From contig CBDCAU010000008.1 of NCBI GenBank assembly GCA_965214115.1, positions 156,347-220,346 on the forward strand: a DNA stretch of 64,000 nucleotides, in the 5' to 3' direction. The position numbers were made by a program, and so were the translations under genes. Of the stretch, positions 50,211 through 60,796 are shown piece after piece. Numbering within the stretch: position 1 is the stretch's first letter; each line of letters opens with the position of its first letter. Under the pieces are notes generated by a model. The model was not told the origin of the DNA and searched no databases. It worked only from the letters and a program-made list of their open reading frames with translations. Source of the DNA: Owenweeksia sp. (GTDB taxonomy: Bacteria > Bacteroidota > Bacteroidia > Flavobacteriales > Schleiferiaceae).

Positions 50211-50433
50211 TGCGGCTGGGGAGCGGTTATTTCTTTCCATCGGACATTCCACCCTCAAAAAATTTACAGAATGCAAATAAAAAATATACAAGTTGTAGTT
50301 TACACTTTGTATATTTTTTGATGCAAAATGCTAAAATGTACTATTCATTTTGGAAATTTTCTGTGAAATAAGTGGGCGCTGGCTGACCCCACTCCGACCG
50401 ACAACTAAGAACCAAGAACTGACAACTCCACCG

Positions 50434-50441
50434 TACCTTTG
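50434..50441 (+). promoter_or_regulatory. -7 promoter box of ileS (TACCTTTG)
   Basis: Exact TAnnTTTG match 26 nt upstream of the ATG. Confidence 0.7.
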
Positions 50442-50467
50442 CCGCCCTTTTGCAAAAAGCAAAAAAT

Positions 50468-53400
50468 ATGGCGCGCAACTATCCCGAATTCAAGCAATTA
50501 GACCTTGTGAAAATCCACAACGACATTCTGGATTTTTGGAAGGAAAACGACATTTTTGAGCAAAGCGTTTCCTCCCGCGAGGGGCGCGAAAACTTCGTGT
50601 TTTACGAAGGGCCGCCCTCGGCCAACGGGATGCCGGGCATCCACCACGTGATGGGCCGCGCCATCAAGGATATTTTTTGCCGCTACAAAACATTGGACGG
50701 TTTTCAAGTCCATCGAAAAGCGGGTTGGGACACCCACGGACTGCCCGTGGAGCTTGGCGTGGAGAAGGAATTGGGTATAACAAAAGAGGACATCGGCAGC
50801 AAAATTTCTGTAAAAGAATACAACGAGGTCTGCAAAAAAGCGGTGATGAAATACACCGACGCGTGGAACGACCTGACCGAGAAAATGGGCTATTGGGTGG
50901 ATATGGGCGACCCCTATATCACCTACAAACCCAAGTATATGGAAACGGTGTGGTGGCTTCTCAAACAACTGTGGGACAAGGACTTAATGTATAAAGGCTA
51001 TACAATTCAACCGTATTCGCCGGCCGCCGGCACGGGGCTGAGTTCCCACGAAATCAATATGCCGGGCTGCTACCGCGAGGTGAAGGATACATCAGTAATT
51101 GCGCAGTTTCCGGTGGTGCGGAATGAGAAATTTCAAAAGGTTTTTGGCGAAGCGGTTTCGGTGGAGGATGCGGTGTATTTCCTCGCTTGGACGACCACGC
51201 CTTGGACGTTGCCCAGCAACACCGCGCTGACGGTGGGGAAAAGTATTCCCTATGTTTTAGTGGAAACTTTCAATCAATATACCCATCAAAAACAGAAGGT
51301 AGTTTTAGCCAAAAATTTAGTAGCTAAATATTTCAAAAAAGAGGCGAAAAATGTTTCTTTTTCTGATTATAGAAAGGATGGAAAAAATATTCCTTGGAAG
51401 ATTGTTTGGGAAGGTTTGGGCGAGCGGCTTTTAGATTTGAAATATGAGCAACTTTTGCCGTATGCAAAACCTTACGAAAATCCCGACCAAGCGTTTCGGG
51501 TGATTGCTGGCGATTTTGTGACGACAGAAGACGGAACTGGCATTGTCCACACTGCGCCTACGTTTGGTGCGGATGACGCGAAAGTGGCGAAAGAAAATGG
51601 CGTGCCGCCGATGTTGGTTTTGGATGAAAATGGCAACGCCGTCCCGCTGGTGGATTTGCAGGGGAAATTCCGAAAGGAAATGGGTGAATTCGCTGGAAAA
51701 TTCGTGAAAAACGAATATTATTTGGAAAGCGAAAAACCGGATAAATCAGTTGATGTAGAAATCGCCATTAAATTAAAAGAAGAAAACAAAGCTTTTTTAG
51801 TCGAAAAATACAGCCACAGCTATCCCCATTGTTGGCGCACGGACAAGCCCGTATTATATTATCCGCTGGACAGTTGGTTTGTGAAAGTGACCGCCGAGCG
51901 CGAAAAGCTGGTGGCGCTGAACAAAACCATCAATTGGAAACCCGCCGCCACGGGCGAAAAACGCTTTGGCAACTGGCTGGAAAACGCCAACGACTGGAAC
52001 CTTAGCCGCAGCCGTTCTTGGGGAATCCCGCTGCCGATTTGGAGTACCGAAGACGGCACGGAACGGCAAATCTTTGGCAGCGTGGCCGAGTTGAAAAGAG
52101 CCTGCGACGACGCCGTAGAAGCGGGTTTGATGGATTCCCATCCTTTTGAAAAATTCGAGTTGGACAATCTTTCCGATGAGAATTACGACACCGTGGATTT
52201 GCACCGTCACATTGTAGATGACATCATCCTAAAATCCCCGCAAGGGAAACCGATGAAACGGGAGGCGGATTTGATTGATGTGTGGTTTGATTCGGGGAGT
52301 ATGCCGTATGCGCAGTGGCATTATCCGTTTAGCCCCCTATCCCCCAAAGGGGGGAAATTGGAGCGTGAAAGCGCGCATAATAAAACGTCCAATTCTAACG
52401 TCCGTGTAGCTGAACCCCCCTTTGGGGGGCAGGGGGGCTGGCAAGATTTAGCGAGTGTTTTCCCCGCCAACTTCATCGCCGAAGGCGTGGACCAAACCCG
52501 CGGCTGGTTCTACACGCTCCACACCATCGCTGGATTGGTTTTCGATTCGGTGGCGTATAAGAATGTGATTTCCAACGGATTGGTGCTAGACAAAAACGGC
52601 CAGAAAATGTCGAAGCGCCTCAAAAATGCGGCTGACCCATTTGAGACTTTGGACAAATACGGCGCGGACGCGGTGCGCTGGTATATGATTGCGAATGCGC
52701 AGCCGTGGGACAATCTGAAATTTGATTTCGCGGGCATCGCCGAGGTGCAGCGCAAATTTTTTGGGACGCTATATAATACGTATTCGTTTTTTGCGCTGTA
52801 CGCGAATATCGATAGGTTTGAGTGGGATTCGGCGCGGCTTTCGGAGGTGAAAAACCGGCCGGAAATCGACCGCTGGATTTTGTCGCGGCTGCAAGTTTTG
52901 AAAAAAACGGTGCGCGAAAATTTCGACAATTACGAACCGACTTGGGCGGCGCGCGCCATCCAAAATTTTGTGGATGAGGAGCTAAGTAACTGGTATGTAA
53001 GGCTTTGCCGGAAACGGTTTTGGCGCGGCGAAATGAGCGCCGACAAACGGATGGCCTACGAAACGCTTTACGAATGCCTGTTCACGGTGAGCCAATTGAT
53101 GAGTCCGGTGGCGCCGTTTTTCGCGGATTGGCTGTACCGAAACCTGACGGAACATCTGCCGGAAGGCGAAAAAGAAAGCTCGGTGCATCTGACTTTTTTG
53201 GCGCAAGCCCAAGAAAACCAAATCGATACACATCTGAACGAGCGGATGAAAATGGCGCAGCGGCTCAGTTCGATGGTGCTGTCGTTGCGGCGGAGCGAGT
53301 CCATAAAAGTGCGGCAGCCGCTGCAAAAAATGATGGTGCCGGCGCTGAAACCGGAGGTGGCCGAACTGATAAAAAGCATCGAGGACATCGTGCTGGCGGA

Positions 53401-53971
53401 GGTGAACGTGAAAGAACTGGAAATTTTGCGCGACGTGCAGGGCGTGCTGGTGAAAAAGGCGAAACCGGATTTCAAAAAACTGGGCCCGAAATACGGCAAG
53501 TTGATGAAGCCAATCGCGGGCGCGGTGAAAAATTTTGACCAAGACCAAATCGAAAAACTGGAAGAAAAAGGCGTTTTGGATTTGGAAATCGGCGGGGAGA
53601 AAATCGCGCTGGCGCTGGGCGACGTGGACATCGAAACGGAGGACATCCAAGGTTGGCTGGTGGCCACGGAGGGCGGGCTGACGGTGGCTTTGGACGTCAC
53701 GATTTCGGACGAACTGCGCTACGAGGGCATCGCCCGCGAGCTGGTGAACCGCATCCAAAACCTGCGCAAAGACAGTGGGCTGGAAGTGACCGACCGCATT
53801 TCGCTGCAGATTTTGAAAAACGACGAAATCAGCAAGGCGCTGGCGCAAAACCGCGACTACATTGCCAGTGAAACCTTGGCGAACGAAGTGATTGAAAAAG
53901 AGGAAATGATTGGTGGGTTGGAGTTGGATTTAGGGGAAGTGCAGACGGCAATTGCGTTGGAGAAAGTTTAG
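50468..53971 (+). CDS. ileS: Isoleucine--tRNA ligase, carrying an in-frame palindrome insertion
   Basis: EGPPSANG.PGIHH, GWDTHGLP, WTTTPWT, DWNLSRSR.WG, DVWFDSG, EGVDQTRGWF, KMSKR. Confidence 0.97.
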   Translation: MARNYPEFKQLDLVKIHNDILDFWKENDIFEQSVSSREGRENFVFYEGPPSANGMPGIHHVMGRAIKDIFCRYKTLDGFQVHRKAGWDTHGLPVELGVEKELGITKEDIGSKISVKEYNEVCKKAVMKYTDAWNDLTEKMGYWVDMGDPYITYKPKYMETVWWLLKQLWDKDLMYKGYTIQPYSPAAGTGLSSHEINMPGCYREVKDTSVIAQFPVVRNEKFQKVFGEAVSVEDAVYFLAWTTTPWTLPSNTALTVGKSIPYVLVETFNQYTHQKQKVVLAKNLVAKYFKKEAKNVSFSDYRKDGKNIPWKIVWEGLGERLLDLKYEQLLPYAKPYENPDQAFRVIAGDFVTTEDGTGIVHTAPTFGADDAKVAKENGVPPMLVLDENGNAVPLVDLQGKFRKEMGEFAGKFVKNEYYLESEKPDKSVDVEIAIKLKEENKAFLVEKYSHSYPHCWRTDKPVLYYPLDSWFVKVTAEREKLVALNKTINWKPAATGEKRFGNWLENANDWNLSRSRSWGIPLPIWSTEDGTERQIFGSVAELKRACDDAVEAGLMDSHPFEKFELDNLSDENYDTVDLHRHIVDDIILKSPQGKPMKREADLIDVWFDSGSMPYAQWHYPFSPLSPKGGKLERESAHNKTSNSNVRVAEPPFGGQGGWQDLASVFPANFIAEGVDQTRGWFYTLHTIAGLVFDSVAYKNVISNGLVLDKNGQKMSKRLKNAADPFETLDKYGADAVRWYMIANAQPWDNLKFDFAGIAEVQRKFFGTLYNTYSFFALYANIDRFEWDSARLSEVKNRPEIDRWILSRLQVLKKTVRENFDNYEPTWAARAIQNFVDEELSNWYVRLCRKRFWRGEMSADKRMAYETLYECLFTVSQLMSPVAPFFADWLYRNLTEHLPEGEKESSVHLTFLAQAQENQIDTHLNERMKMAQRLSSMVLSLRRSESIKVRQPLQKMMVPALKPEVAELIKSIEDIVLAEVNVKELEILRDVQGVLVKKAKPDFKKLGPKYGKLMKPIAGAVKNFDQDQIEKLEEKGVLDLEIGGEKIALALGDVDIETEDIQGWLVATEGGLTVALDVTISDELRYEGIARELVNRIQNLRKDSGLEVTDRISLQILKNDEISKALAQNRDYIASETLANEVIEKEEMIGGLELDLGEVQTAIALEKV
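52331..52439. repeat. REP-doublet insertion inside ileS
   Basis: AGCCCCCTATCCCCCAAAGGGGGG ... CCCCCCTTTGGGGGGCAGGGGGGCT imperfect terminal inverted repeats. Confidence 0.85.
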
Positions 53972-54000
53972 GAAATTATTGAAAATAAAATCTCAATCTG

Positions 54001-54669
54001 ATGAACTCGAAAAAAATCATAAAAAGAATATCCGAGCACATAGCTTTGGAAGGTTTCAAACCAGCCGTAGTTAATTATCTTTTAATGCTCGCGCGAGTCA
54101 CCGAAAATAGAAGGGATGAAATTGTTTTTCCTACAACCAAACGGACGATGGCCAGCAATTTGGTAGCCAGAATTCAATTCCCTGCTGTTGAAGAAATATA
54201 TAAATCAGCGGTTAATAAGAATGATGGAAACTATGTATCGAGTACTCTTCTAAAACAAGTCGATGCCGATTCATTTGTCAATACGTATGAGATAATTTAT
54301 ACTGAGGATGTAGATAAAGACATTCCCTATTTTAAAGAAGCAATTGATAACGGTGCCATTCCATTTTTCAACAAATACCAATCGGTTGAAGCGGTTTACG
54401 GTGAGATGAAAAATATAAATAAATCGAACTACTTAGATTATATGCAAGGATTACACAAGTTTATTGGACATCCGGTTATCGTAAGATATTTAATCATACT
54501 TGGATTGATGGGCGATGATGATTTTTATAAAGAATCCGACAGGCAGTTGAAGTTTATAGAAGAGCATGAATCTTCTAATGCTGAAATTGACTTGCAGACT
54601 CGAAATGTCAACAAAATCTTACCCACGGTAATTCAGATGACCAAAGAAAAATTTGGCTCATTGAAATGA
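54001..54669 (+). CDS. Low-GC hypothetical protein
   Basis: 222-aa ORF with AT-rich codon usage; no family recognised with confidence. Confidence 0.7.
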   Translation: MNSKKIIKRISEHIALEGFKPAVVNYLLMLARVTENRRDEIVFPTTKRTMASNLVARIQFPAVEEIYKSAVNKNDGNYVSSTLLKQVDADSFVNTYEIIYTEDVDKDIPYFKEAIDNGAIPFFNKYQSVEAVYGEMKNINKSNYLDYMQGLHKFIGHPVIVRYLIILGLMGDDDFYKESDRQLKFIEEHESSNAEIDLQTRNVNKILPTVIQMTKEKFGSLK

Positions 54670-54872
54670 AAAAAGAATGGCGTTAGAGGTGGGTTCGGCT
54701 AAAGCCAAAACTCGGTGACCGAATTGAAACAACCGCACTAAAGCGGCGGTTCAATATCACCTCATTTCAGAAAGATTTCCTTAAAATATCGAATTTTCTA
54801 TATTTGGTCGCTTTTTGAGCAAATTTGTAAGAATACTCACTCTACCCAAATATTTGAAACCCTCTCGTCGGC

Positions 54873-54971
54873 GAAACCTTGGCGGATGAAGTGTTTGAAA
54901 AAGAGGAAGTTGGCGGCGGTTTGGAACTGGATTTTGATGCGGTAAAAGTGGCGATGGCGTGTGGAAAAGTG
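54873..54971 (+). pseudogene. Orphan diverged copy of the ileS 3' end
   Basis: ETLADEVFEKEEVGGGLELDFDAVKVAMACGKV aligns without gaps to ETLANEVIEKEEMIGGLELDLGEVQTAIALEKV (21/33 aa). Confidence 0.85.
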
Positions 54972-55097
54972 TGTGCATTTTGCCATTTAAATTAAGGTCT
55001 CCGTAAATGTTGCAGCGCCCCATTTTTTGCGTTTTGGCCAAAAACTAAAATCCATTTTAAAGATTGATTTTTTTACAATGGAAAACAAAAAATTGAA

Positions 55098-55790
55098 ATG
55101 ATAGTAAAAACAGTAGCCAATTCTACCGAAGCCGTGCGCGGCCTAAAAGACGGGATGACGCTGATGCTGGGCGGTTTCGGGCTGTGCGGCATCCCTGAAA
55201 ATTCCATCGCCGCCATCCGCGAAAACGGCGCGAAAAACCTAACCTGCATCAGCAACAACGCGGGCGTGGACGATTTTGGGTTGGGACTGCTGTTGCAGAC
55301 GCGGCAAATCAAAAAGATGATTTCCAGCTACGTGGGCGAAAATGCGCTGTTTGAAAAACAGATGCTGAGCGGCGAGCTGGAGGTGGATTTGGTGCCGCAA
55401 GGTTCGCTGGCCGAACGGTGTCGCGCGGCGGGAGCGGGCATCCCCGCGTTTTACACGCCCGCCGGCTACGGAACCGAAGTGGCGCACGGCAAGGAAGTTC
55501 GCTGGTTCAAAGGGAAACCGCACATTTTGGAACACGCTTTTGAAGCGGATTTTGCTTTCGTAAAAGCGTGGAAAGGCGACGATGCGGGCAATTTGATTTT
55601 CAAGGGCACGGCGCGGAATTTCAACCCCTTGATGGCGATGGCGGGGAAAATCACCGTGGCGGAAGTAGAGGAACTGGTGCCGGCGGGCGAGCTGGATCCG
55701 AACTTTATCCATACGCCGGGGATTTTTGTGCAGAGGATTTTTAAGGGGAAGAATTATGAAAAGAGGATTGAGCAGCGGACGACTCGGTAG
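55098..55790 (+). CDS. scoA: 3-oxoacid CoA-transferase subunit A
   Basis: [44 protein letters not shown]. Confidence 0.93.
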   Translation: MIVKTVANSTEAVRGLKDGMTLMLGGFGLCGIPENSIAAIRENGAKNLTCISNNAGVDDFGLGLLLQTRQIKKMISSYVGENALFEKQMLSGELEVDLVPQGSLAERCRAAGAGIPAFYTPAGYGTEVAHGKEVRWFKGKPHILEHAFEADFAFVKAWKGDDAGNLIFKGTARNFNPLMAMAGKITVAEVEELVPAGELDPNFIHTPGIFVQRIFKGKNYEKRIEQRTTR

Positions 55791-55832
55791 TCTTGAAATT
55801 TGCCACAAAGACTCAAAGGCGCTATTAGTTTT

Positions 55833-55840
55833 TACCTTTG
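55833..55840 (+). promoter_or_regulatory. -7 promoter box upstream of the TA array (TACCTTTG)
   Basis: Exact TAnnTTTG match 17 nt before ATG 55858. Confidence 0.65.
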
Positions 55841-55857
55841 GAAAAAAACCTACGCCA

Positions 55858-56166
55858 ATGCCTAAAATCTATGAATATCTTGGGATTTCGATTTTCTTCT
55901 TCTCCAATGAGCACGAGCCGATTCATGTGCACGGGCTGTACGGCGAATTTGAAAGCAAGGCGGAAATTTTCTGGATTGAAAAAAACGTTTTGAAAGTAGA
56001 AATTATAGAAATCTCAGGTAAAAGATCATTGAAAGGAAAAACTCTAAAAAACTTTGAGATATTCATTAATGAATATGCAGTAGAGATTATGGAAAAATGG
56101 AATCTGTATTTTAAGCAAGGAATTACTAAATTGACATTTGAAAGGATCACTAAAAAAATTCGATGA
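55858..56166 (+). CDS. DUF4160 family putative toxin, copy 1
   Basis: MPKIYEYLGISIFFFSNEHEPIHVH motif. Confidence 0.85.
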   Translation: MPKIYEYLGISIFFFSNEHEPIHVHGLYGEFESKAEIFWIEKNVLKVEIIEISGKRSLKGKTLKNFEIFINEYAVEIMEKWNLYFKQGITKLTFERITKKIR

Positions 56167-56507
56167 TGAAGGTAATTGTAGAAGTAAAATACGATGAAAA
56201 AACAGTAGATGACAACCGTAAAATCTATTCAGTTATCGATGCTCGCTACATCGGCGATTTTGCTATCCGTGTTTTCTTTTCCGATGGTCATCAAAAATTG
56301 GTGGATTTCAAGCCTTTTTTGGAGCAGGTTAAGCAGCCTCTTGCAATGCAATATTTAGAGGAAGAAAAGTTCAAAGAGTTTGAGATTGTCCACGGCAATT
56401 TGAACTGGAACGATTATGAGATGATTTTTCCCTTGGATGATTTATACAATAATTCTATCCTGAAGGAAACAAAGACAAAGGAGCGCGAAGTTTTAGAAAA
56501 TGCCTAA
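56163..56507 (+). CDS. DUF2442 family putative antitoxin, copy 1
   Basis: IRVFFSDG....VDF...L, LNWNDYEMIFPLDDLY. Confidence 0.85.
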   Translation: MMKVIVEVKYDEKTVDDNRKIYSVIDARYIGDFAIRVFFSDGHQKLVDFKPFLEQVKQPLAMQYLEEEKFKEFEIVHGNLNWNDYEMIFPLDDLYNNSILKETKTKEREVLENA

Positions 56508-56802
56508 AATTTATGAATATCTTGGGATTTCGATTTTCTTCTTTTCCCGTGAACACGAACCTATCCACGTTCACGCACGCTACGGAGAATTTCAAAGCAG
56601 GGCGGAATTTATTATCGCGGATGGCAAAGTGGTCGATATTCGAATTATTGGTGTTAAAGGTTCAGACCCTTTGGTAGGAAAAGTCTTGAAAAACTTTGAA
56701 GATTTCTTAGAAGTTTTTGCTGATGAAATGATACAAAAGTGGGTTGATTATTTTGTTTATGGCAAGAAGTTAAAGTTGAAAAGAATCACTAAAAAGCTTT
56801 GA
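56500..56802 (+). CDS. DUF4160 family putative toxin, copy 2
   Basis: MPKIYEYLGISIFFFSREHEPIHVH motif. Confidence 0.85.
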   Translation: MPKIYEYLGISIFFFSREHEPIHVHARYGEFQSRAEFIIADGKVVDIRIIGVKGSDPLVGKVLKNFEDFLEVFADEMIQKWVDYFVYGKKLKLKRITKKL

Positions 56803-56805
56803 AAA

Positions 56806-57135
56806 ATGAAGATAACCGTTGATTACAGCAATTTGAAAAAAGATAACCAAGTATATTCTGTAACCGATGCCAAGTACATCGGCGATTTTGCTATCCGTGT
56901 TTTCTTTTCCGATGGTCATCAAAAATTGGTGGATTTCAAGCCTTTTTTGGAACAGGTTACCCATCCCAGCGCCAAGCAATATTTTAATGAAGAAAAGTTT
57001 AAGGAATTTGAGATTGTGGATGGCATTTTGAATTGGAATGATTACGAAATGATTTTTCCCTTGGATGATTTATATAATAATACTATTCTGAAAGAAACGA
57101 AAACCAAGGAGCGCGAAGTTTTGGAAAATGCCTGA
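56806..57135 (+). CDS. DUF2442 family putative antitoxin, copy 2
   Basis: Same motifs as copy 1; 77-bp identical block (56247-56323 and 56875-56951). Confidence 0.85.
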   Translation: MKITVDYSNLKKDNQVYSVTDAKYIGDFAIRVFFSDGHQKLVDFKPFLEQVTHPSAKQYFNEEKFKEFEIVDGILNWNDYEMIFPLDDLYNNTILKETKTKEREVLENA

Positions 57136-57166
57136 AATTTCCAACTTTTAAAACAGAAAAACCTAA

Positions 57167-57706
57167 ATGACCAAAAGAGATTTTTTTATTTCACTTCTTA
57201 AAGTTTTTGGATTGTTTTCGGCGATAGCGGCGCTATTTTCTTCTCTGCCCTCCTACCTTTCTTTTGCCATTGCCAGTTTTGATTGGATTTCTCTCTTTTG
57301 GGTTTCGGTGGCTTCCATAGTGGTGATTGGGCTTTTTTTGCTTCTTATTTTTAAGTCAGAAAATATTGTAAGTATTTTAAAATTGGACAGCGGATTCGAT
57401 ACCGACCATATTGATTTTGGAAATTTGAAGGCGGTTGATTTAATCAAAATCGGGACTTTTGTGGTGGGAGGTTTTTTGATTTTAGATAATATCCCCACTT
57501 TTTTAGGTCACACTTTGTATGCTTTTAAAGGAGAGCAAATGGGCTTGGAATCTACTCCTCGTGATAATCTGATGTGGACGATGAGTGGGCTGAATCTCAT
57601 CATCGGATACATTTTGATTACCAACTACCATTTTGTGGCGGCCCGTTTTTACAAACACGAAAAGGGAGAAACGACCACTTCAACGAATCACGATTTAACG
57701 AGTTAA
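57167..57706 (+). CDS. Hypothetical multi-pass membrane protein
   Basis: Four hydrophobic segments. Confidence 0.7.
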   Translation: MTKRDFFISLLKVFGLFSAIAALFSSLPSYLSFAIASFDWISLFWVSVASIVVIGLFLLLIFKSENIVSILKLDSGFDTDHIDFGNLKAVDLIKIGTFVVGGFLILDNIPTFLGHTLYAFKGEQMGLESTPRDNLMWTMSGLNLIIGYILITNYHFVAARFYKHEKGETTTSTNHDLTS

Positions 57707-57716
57707 CAAATCACGA

Positions 57717-58370
57717 ATGTTAGACAAAAACGGAATCGCAAAACGCATCGCCCAAGAACTGGAAGACGGCTACTACGTCAACCTCGGCATCGGCATCCCA
57801 ACGCTGGTCGCCAATTTTGTTCCAGCGGGAATTTCCGTGGAATTCCAGTCGGAGAACGGTATCCTCGGGATGGGACCATTTCCCACCGAAGCGGAAGTGG
57901 ACGCAGACCTGATAAACGCGGGAAAACAAACCATCACCGCCCTGCCCGGCGCCGTGTTTTTCGACTCGGCCAACAGCTTCGCGATGATCCGCGGCCAGCA
58001 CGTGGATATGACCGTCCTCGGCGCGATGGAAGTGAGCGAGCAGGGCGACATCGCCAACTGGAAAATCCCCGGCAAAATGGTGAAGGGGATGGGCGGCGCA
58101 ATGGATTTGGTGGCCAGCGCCGAAAACATCATCGTGGCGATGATGCACACCAACCGCGCGGGTGAATCCAAACTTTTGACGAAATGCACTTTGCCCTTGA
58201 CGGGCGTGCGCTGCGTCAAAAAAATCGTGACCAACCTTTGCGTGATGGACGTGACCGAACGGGGTTTTAAACTTTTGGAACTTGCCCCGGGGATTAGTAT
58301 CGACGAGGTGAAAAACGCCACCGAAGGCAGGCTTGTCGTGGAAGGGGATATTCCGGAAATGAAAATATGA
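57717..58370 (+). CDS. scoB: 3-oxoacid CoA-transferase subunit B
   Basis: [14 protein letters not shown] (catalytic Glu), [13 protein letters not shown]. Confidence 0.94.
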   Translation: MLDKNGIAKRIAQELEDGYYVNLGIGIPTLVANFVPAGISVEFQSENGILGMGPFPTEAEVDADLINAGKQTITALPGAVFFDSANSFAMIRGQHVDMTVLGAMEVSEQGDIANWKIPGKMVKGMGGAMDLVASAENIIVAMMHTNRAGESKLLTKCTLPLTGVRCVKKIVTNLCVMDVTERGFKLLELAPGISIDEVKNATEGRLVVEGDIPEMKI

Positions 58371-59728
58371 AACTCGACCGGATTTTTTCCAAGGCGCTGT
58401 GCCTTTATCTCAGCCTTGCTTTTTTAATCTTTTTTTTTATCCGTTTTTCAGGTGATTTGCGCGACAATCGCGGGCAAGAAACGCTGTTTATTTATGATGT
58501 CAATAATTATTACTCGTATCTGCCCGCTATTTTTATCCACAAAGATTTAACCTTTTCCTACCCCAACAATTACTGGACAAACCCCGCACCGGACGGGACA
58601 AAAATTGCCAAGGGAACGTATGGGATGGCCTTGATGTATTCTCCGTGGTTTTTTATCGCCCATCAGGTGGCGCTTTCACAACAAGATGAGGTTACTGGCT
58701 ATGAAAAAACATACGACTTTTTAATAAATTTTGGCAGTTTTACTTATGCGGTTTTAGCGGCTTTTTTTTTAATTAAGTCCTTGTTTTATTTTACCAAACC
58801 TTGGTTGGCGGCTTTGACTTATTTTGGGATTTTTTTTGGGACTAATTTATATTACTATACCGTTAGCCAAGGCGCGATGCCCCACTCGTATTTGTTCTTG
58901 CTTTTTTCGTTGATGATTTACCTTACTCTGCTTTGGCATAAAAACCCAAAACCTCTTTATCTGTCGGGTCTTGGCCTCACTTTGGGATTAATCATCTTAA
59001 TCCGCCCCACCGATTTGATAGTGGTGCTCATCCCGCTTCTTTATGGCGTAAATTCTAAAAATTCTTTTGTTGAAAAAATAAAATTACTGACCAAAAATAT
59101 AGGCCCACTATGTATCGCAGCCGTATTGTTTCTTCTTCCTTTTTTTGTTCAGATGATCTACTGGAAGGTTTATACAGATTCTTGGCTGTTCTTTAGCTAC
59201 GGAAGCAAAGAGCGTTTTTTCTTTTCTGATCCTAAAATTTGGCAAGTGCTTTTCAGCTTTCGCAAAGGATTGTTTGTTTACACTCCAATCGCTCTTCTTT
59301 TTATGGCTGGATTTTTTGTGAAATCTGCCCATAAAAAACAATGGATATGGCCCGTTTCCAGCTTATTTTTAACAACCATCTTTGTGGTTTCCAGTTGGTG
59401 GGATTGGTGGTTTGGTGGTTCGTTCGGGCATCGCGCTTTTGTGCAATATTATGCCTTTTTGGCCTTGCCTTTTAGTGCTTTTTTGCAATGGGCATTCCGC
59501 AGTTTTTGGCGTGCGATTCCCGTATTGATTTTTTGTGGCTTTTGCATTCATCTTAACTTGCTCCAATCGGCCCAGTACCGCCACAGCATTATCCATTATG
59601 ATTCGATGAGCAAAGAAGCCTATTTTTATGCCTTTGGAAAAACGCAATTGACCAAAGAGGAATACGAGGAACTGACCCAACTACTGGAACGACCGAATTA
59701 CGAAAAAGCTATCAATGGAAAAAGATAG
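58367..59728 (+). CDS. Polytopic membrane protein, probable GT-C glycosyltransferase
   Basis: About 11 TM segments; D...[24 protein letters not shown]. Confidence 0.65.
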   Translation: MKLDRIFSKALCLYLSLAFLIFFFIRFSGDLRDNRGQETLFIYDVNNYYSYLPAIFIHKDLTFSYPNNYWTNPAPDGTKIAKGTYGMALMYSPWFFIAHQVALSQQDEVTGYEKTYDFLINFGSFTYAVLAAFFLIKSLFYFTKPWLAALTYFGIFFGTNLYYYTVSQGAMPHSYLFLLFSLMIYLTLLWHKNPKPLYLSGLGLTLGLIILIRPTDLIVVLIPLLYGVNSKNSFVEKIKLLTKNIGPLCIAAVLFLLPFFVQMIYWKVYTDSWLFFSYGSKERFFFSDPKIWQVLFSFRKGLFVYTPIALLFMAGFFVKSAHKKQWIWPVSSLFLTTIFVVSSWWDWWFGGSFGHRAFVQYYAFLALPFSAFLQWAFRSFWRAIPVLIFCGFCIHLNLLQSAQYRHSIIHYDSMSKEAYFYAFGKTQLTKEEYEELTQLLERPNYEKAINGKR

Positions 59729-60467
59729 TGTGAGACTAAAAAAACTATTAATCATTATTCCTTGCTACAATGAGGCTGGAAATGTGGTGAGTTTATATCA
59801 AGAAATCCAATCTTTGGATGAAATGGATTCGCTAAAAATAGACGTGATTTTTATAAATGACTCCAGTACAGATAATACTTTAGATATTCTCCAAAAAAAC
59901 AAGTTGCCGCATCTAAATTTACCTATCAATTTGGGGATTGGAGGAGCGGTGCAAACGGGTTTTAAATTTGCGGATTCGCGAGGGTTTGATTTTGCCGTAC
60001 AGATGGACGGCGATGGTCAACACCCGCCGAAAGAACTTTCCAAACTTTGGAACGCAATGCAGGCAAACCGCGCGGATATAGTTATCGGATCACGTTTTGT
60101 GGAGAAGGAGGGTTTTCAATCCAGCCGTAGCAGGAGACTGGGAATCAAGTTGTTATCCACTTGGTCAACCTTCTTGACAGGCGTAAAAATTCTCGACATT
60201 ACCTCGGGTTTCCGACTTTTGAACCGAAGGGCGGTGAAACTGGCCGCCGAGCATTATCCCGATTCTTATCCCGAGCCAGAAACGGTGGCGCTCTTTGCGG
60301 GGGCGGGACTAAAAATTACTGAAACGCCCGTGAAAATGCGCCCCCGGCAAAAGGGTGTTTCGTCCATCCGGCGGTGGTTCAGTTTGTTCTATATGTTCAA
60401 GGTCGGTTTGGGCATTTATTTTATGAAGAAAAAAGCACAAAAATTATGGAAAACATCGTCCCACTAA
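59715..60467 (+). CDS. GT2 glycosyltransferase (polyprenol-phosphate sugar synthase-like)
   Basis: IIPCYNEA, INDSSTD, QMDGDGQHPP, IVIGSRF, DITSGFR. Confidence 0.9.
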   Translation: MEKDSVRLKKLLIIIPCYNEAGNVVSLYQEIQSLDEMDSLKIDVIFINDSSTDNTLDILQKNKLPHLNLPINLGIGGAVQTGFKFADSRGFDFAVQMDGDGQHPPKELSKLWNAMQANRADIVIGSRFVEKEGFQSSRSRRLGIKLLSTWSTFLTGVKILDITSGFRLLNRRAVKLAAEHYPDSYPEPETVALFAGAGLKITETPVKMRPRQKGVSSIRRWFSLFYMFKVGLGIYFMKKKAQKLWKTSSH

Positions 60468-60796
60468 AAATTCAACTTTTAAGTATCACTGGGAGTATCT
60501 TGTTTTTGGCCTTTATCGCGCGGCTAATGTTGAAAGGAAAACTGCGCGAAGAATACTCTTTGGTTTGGATAGGTTGCACCTTGGTTTTTCTCACCTTTTC
60601 GATATGGCGGAATGGACTGGACGTGGTGGCTAATTTCTTGGGCGTTTACTACGCGCCTTCCTTGGTTTTTTTGTTCGGTTTTTTCGCCATAATTATATTT
60701 TTGGTGCATCTTTCAGTAGTGAATTCGCGCCAGCAAAAAGAAATCAAAAACTTGGCGCAGGAATTAGCACTTTTGAAAAAGAAAACTGATGGCTAA
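60446..60796 (+). CDS. DUF2304 family membrane protein
   Basis: LREEYSLVW, GVYYAPS, KNLAQELAL; start at ATG 60446. Confidence 0.85.
   Translation: MENIVPLKIQLLSITGSILFLAFIARLMLKGKLREEYSLVWIGCTLVFLTFSIWRNGLDVVANFLGVYYAPSLVFLFGFFAIIIFLVHLSVVNSRQQKEIKNLAQELALLKKKTDG

Noticed and set aside
54837-54986. 49-aa minus-strand ORF (MAKCTHFSTRHRHF...)
   Set aside because: It is the antisense of the ileS 3'-end relic, which explains the sequence better
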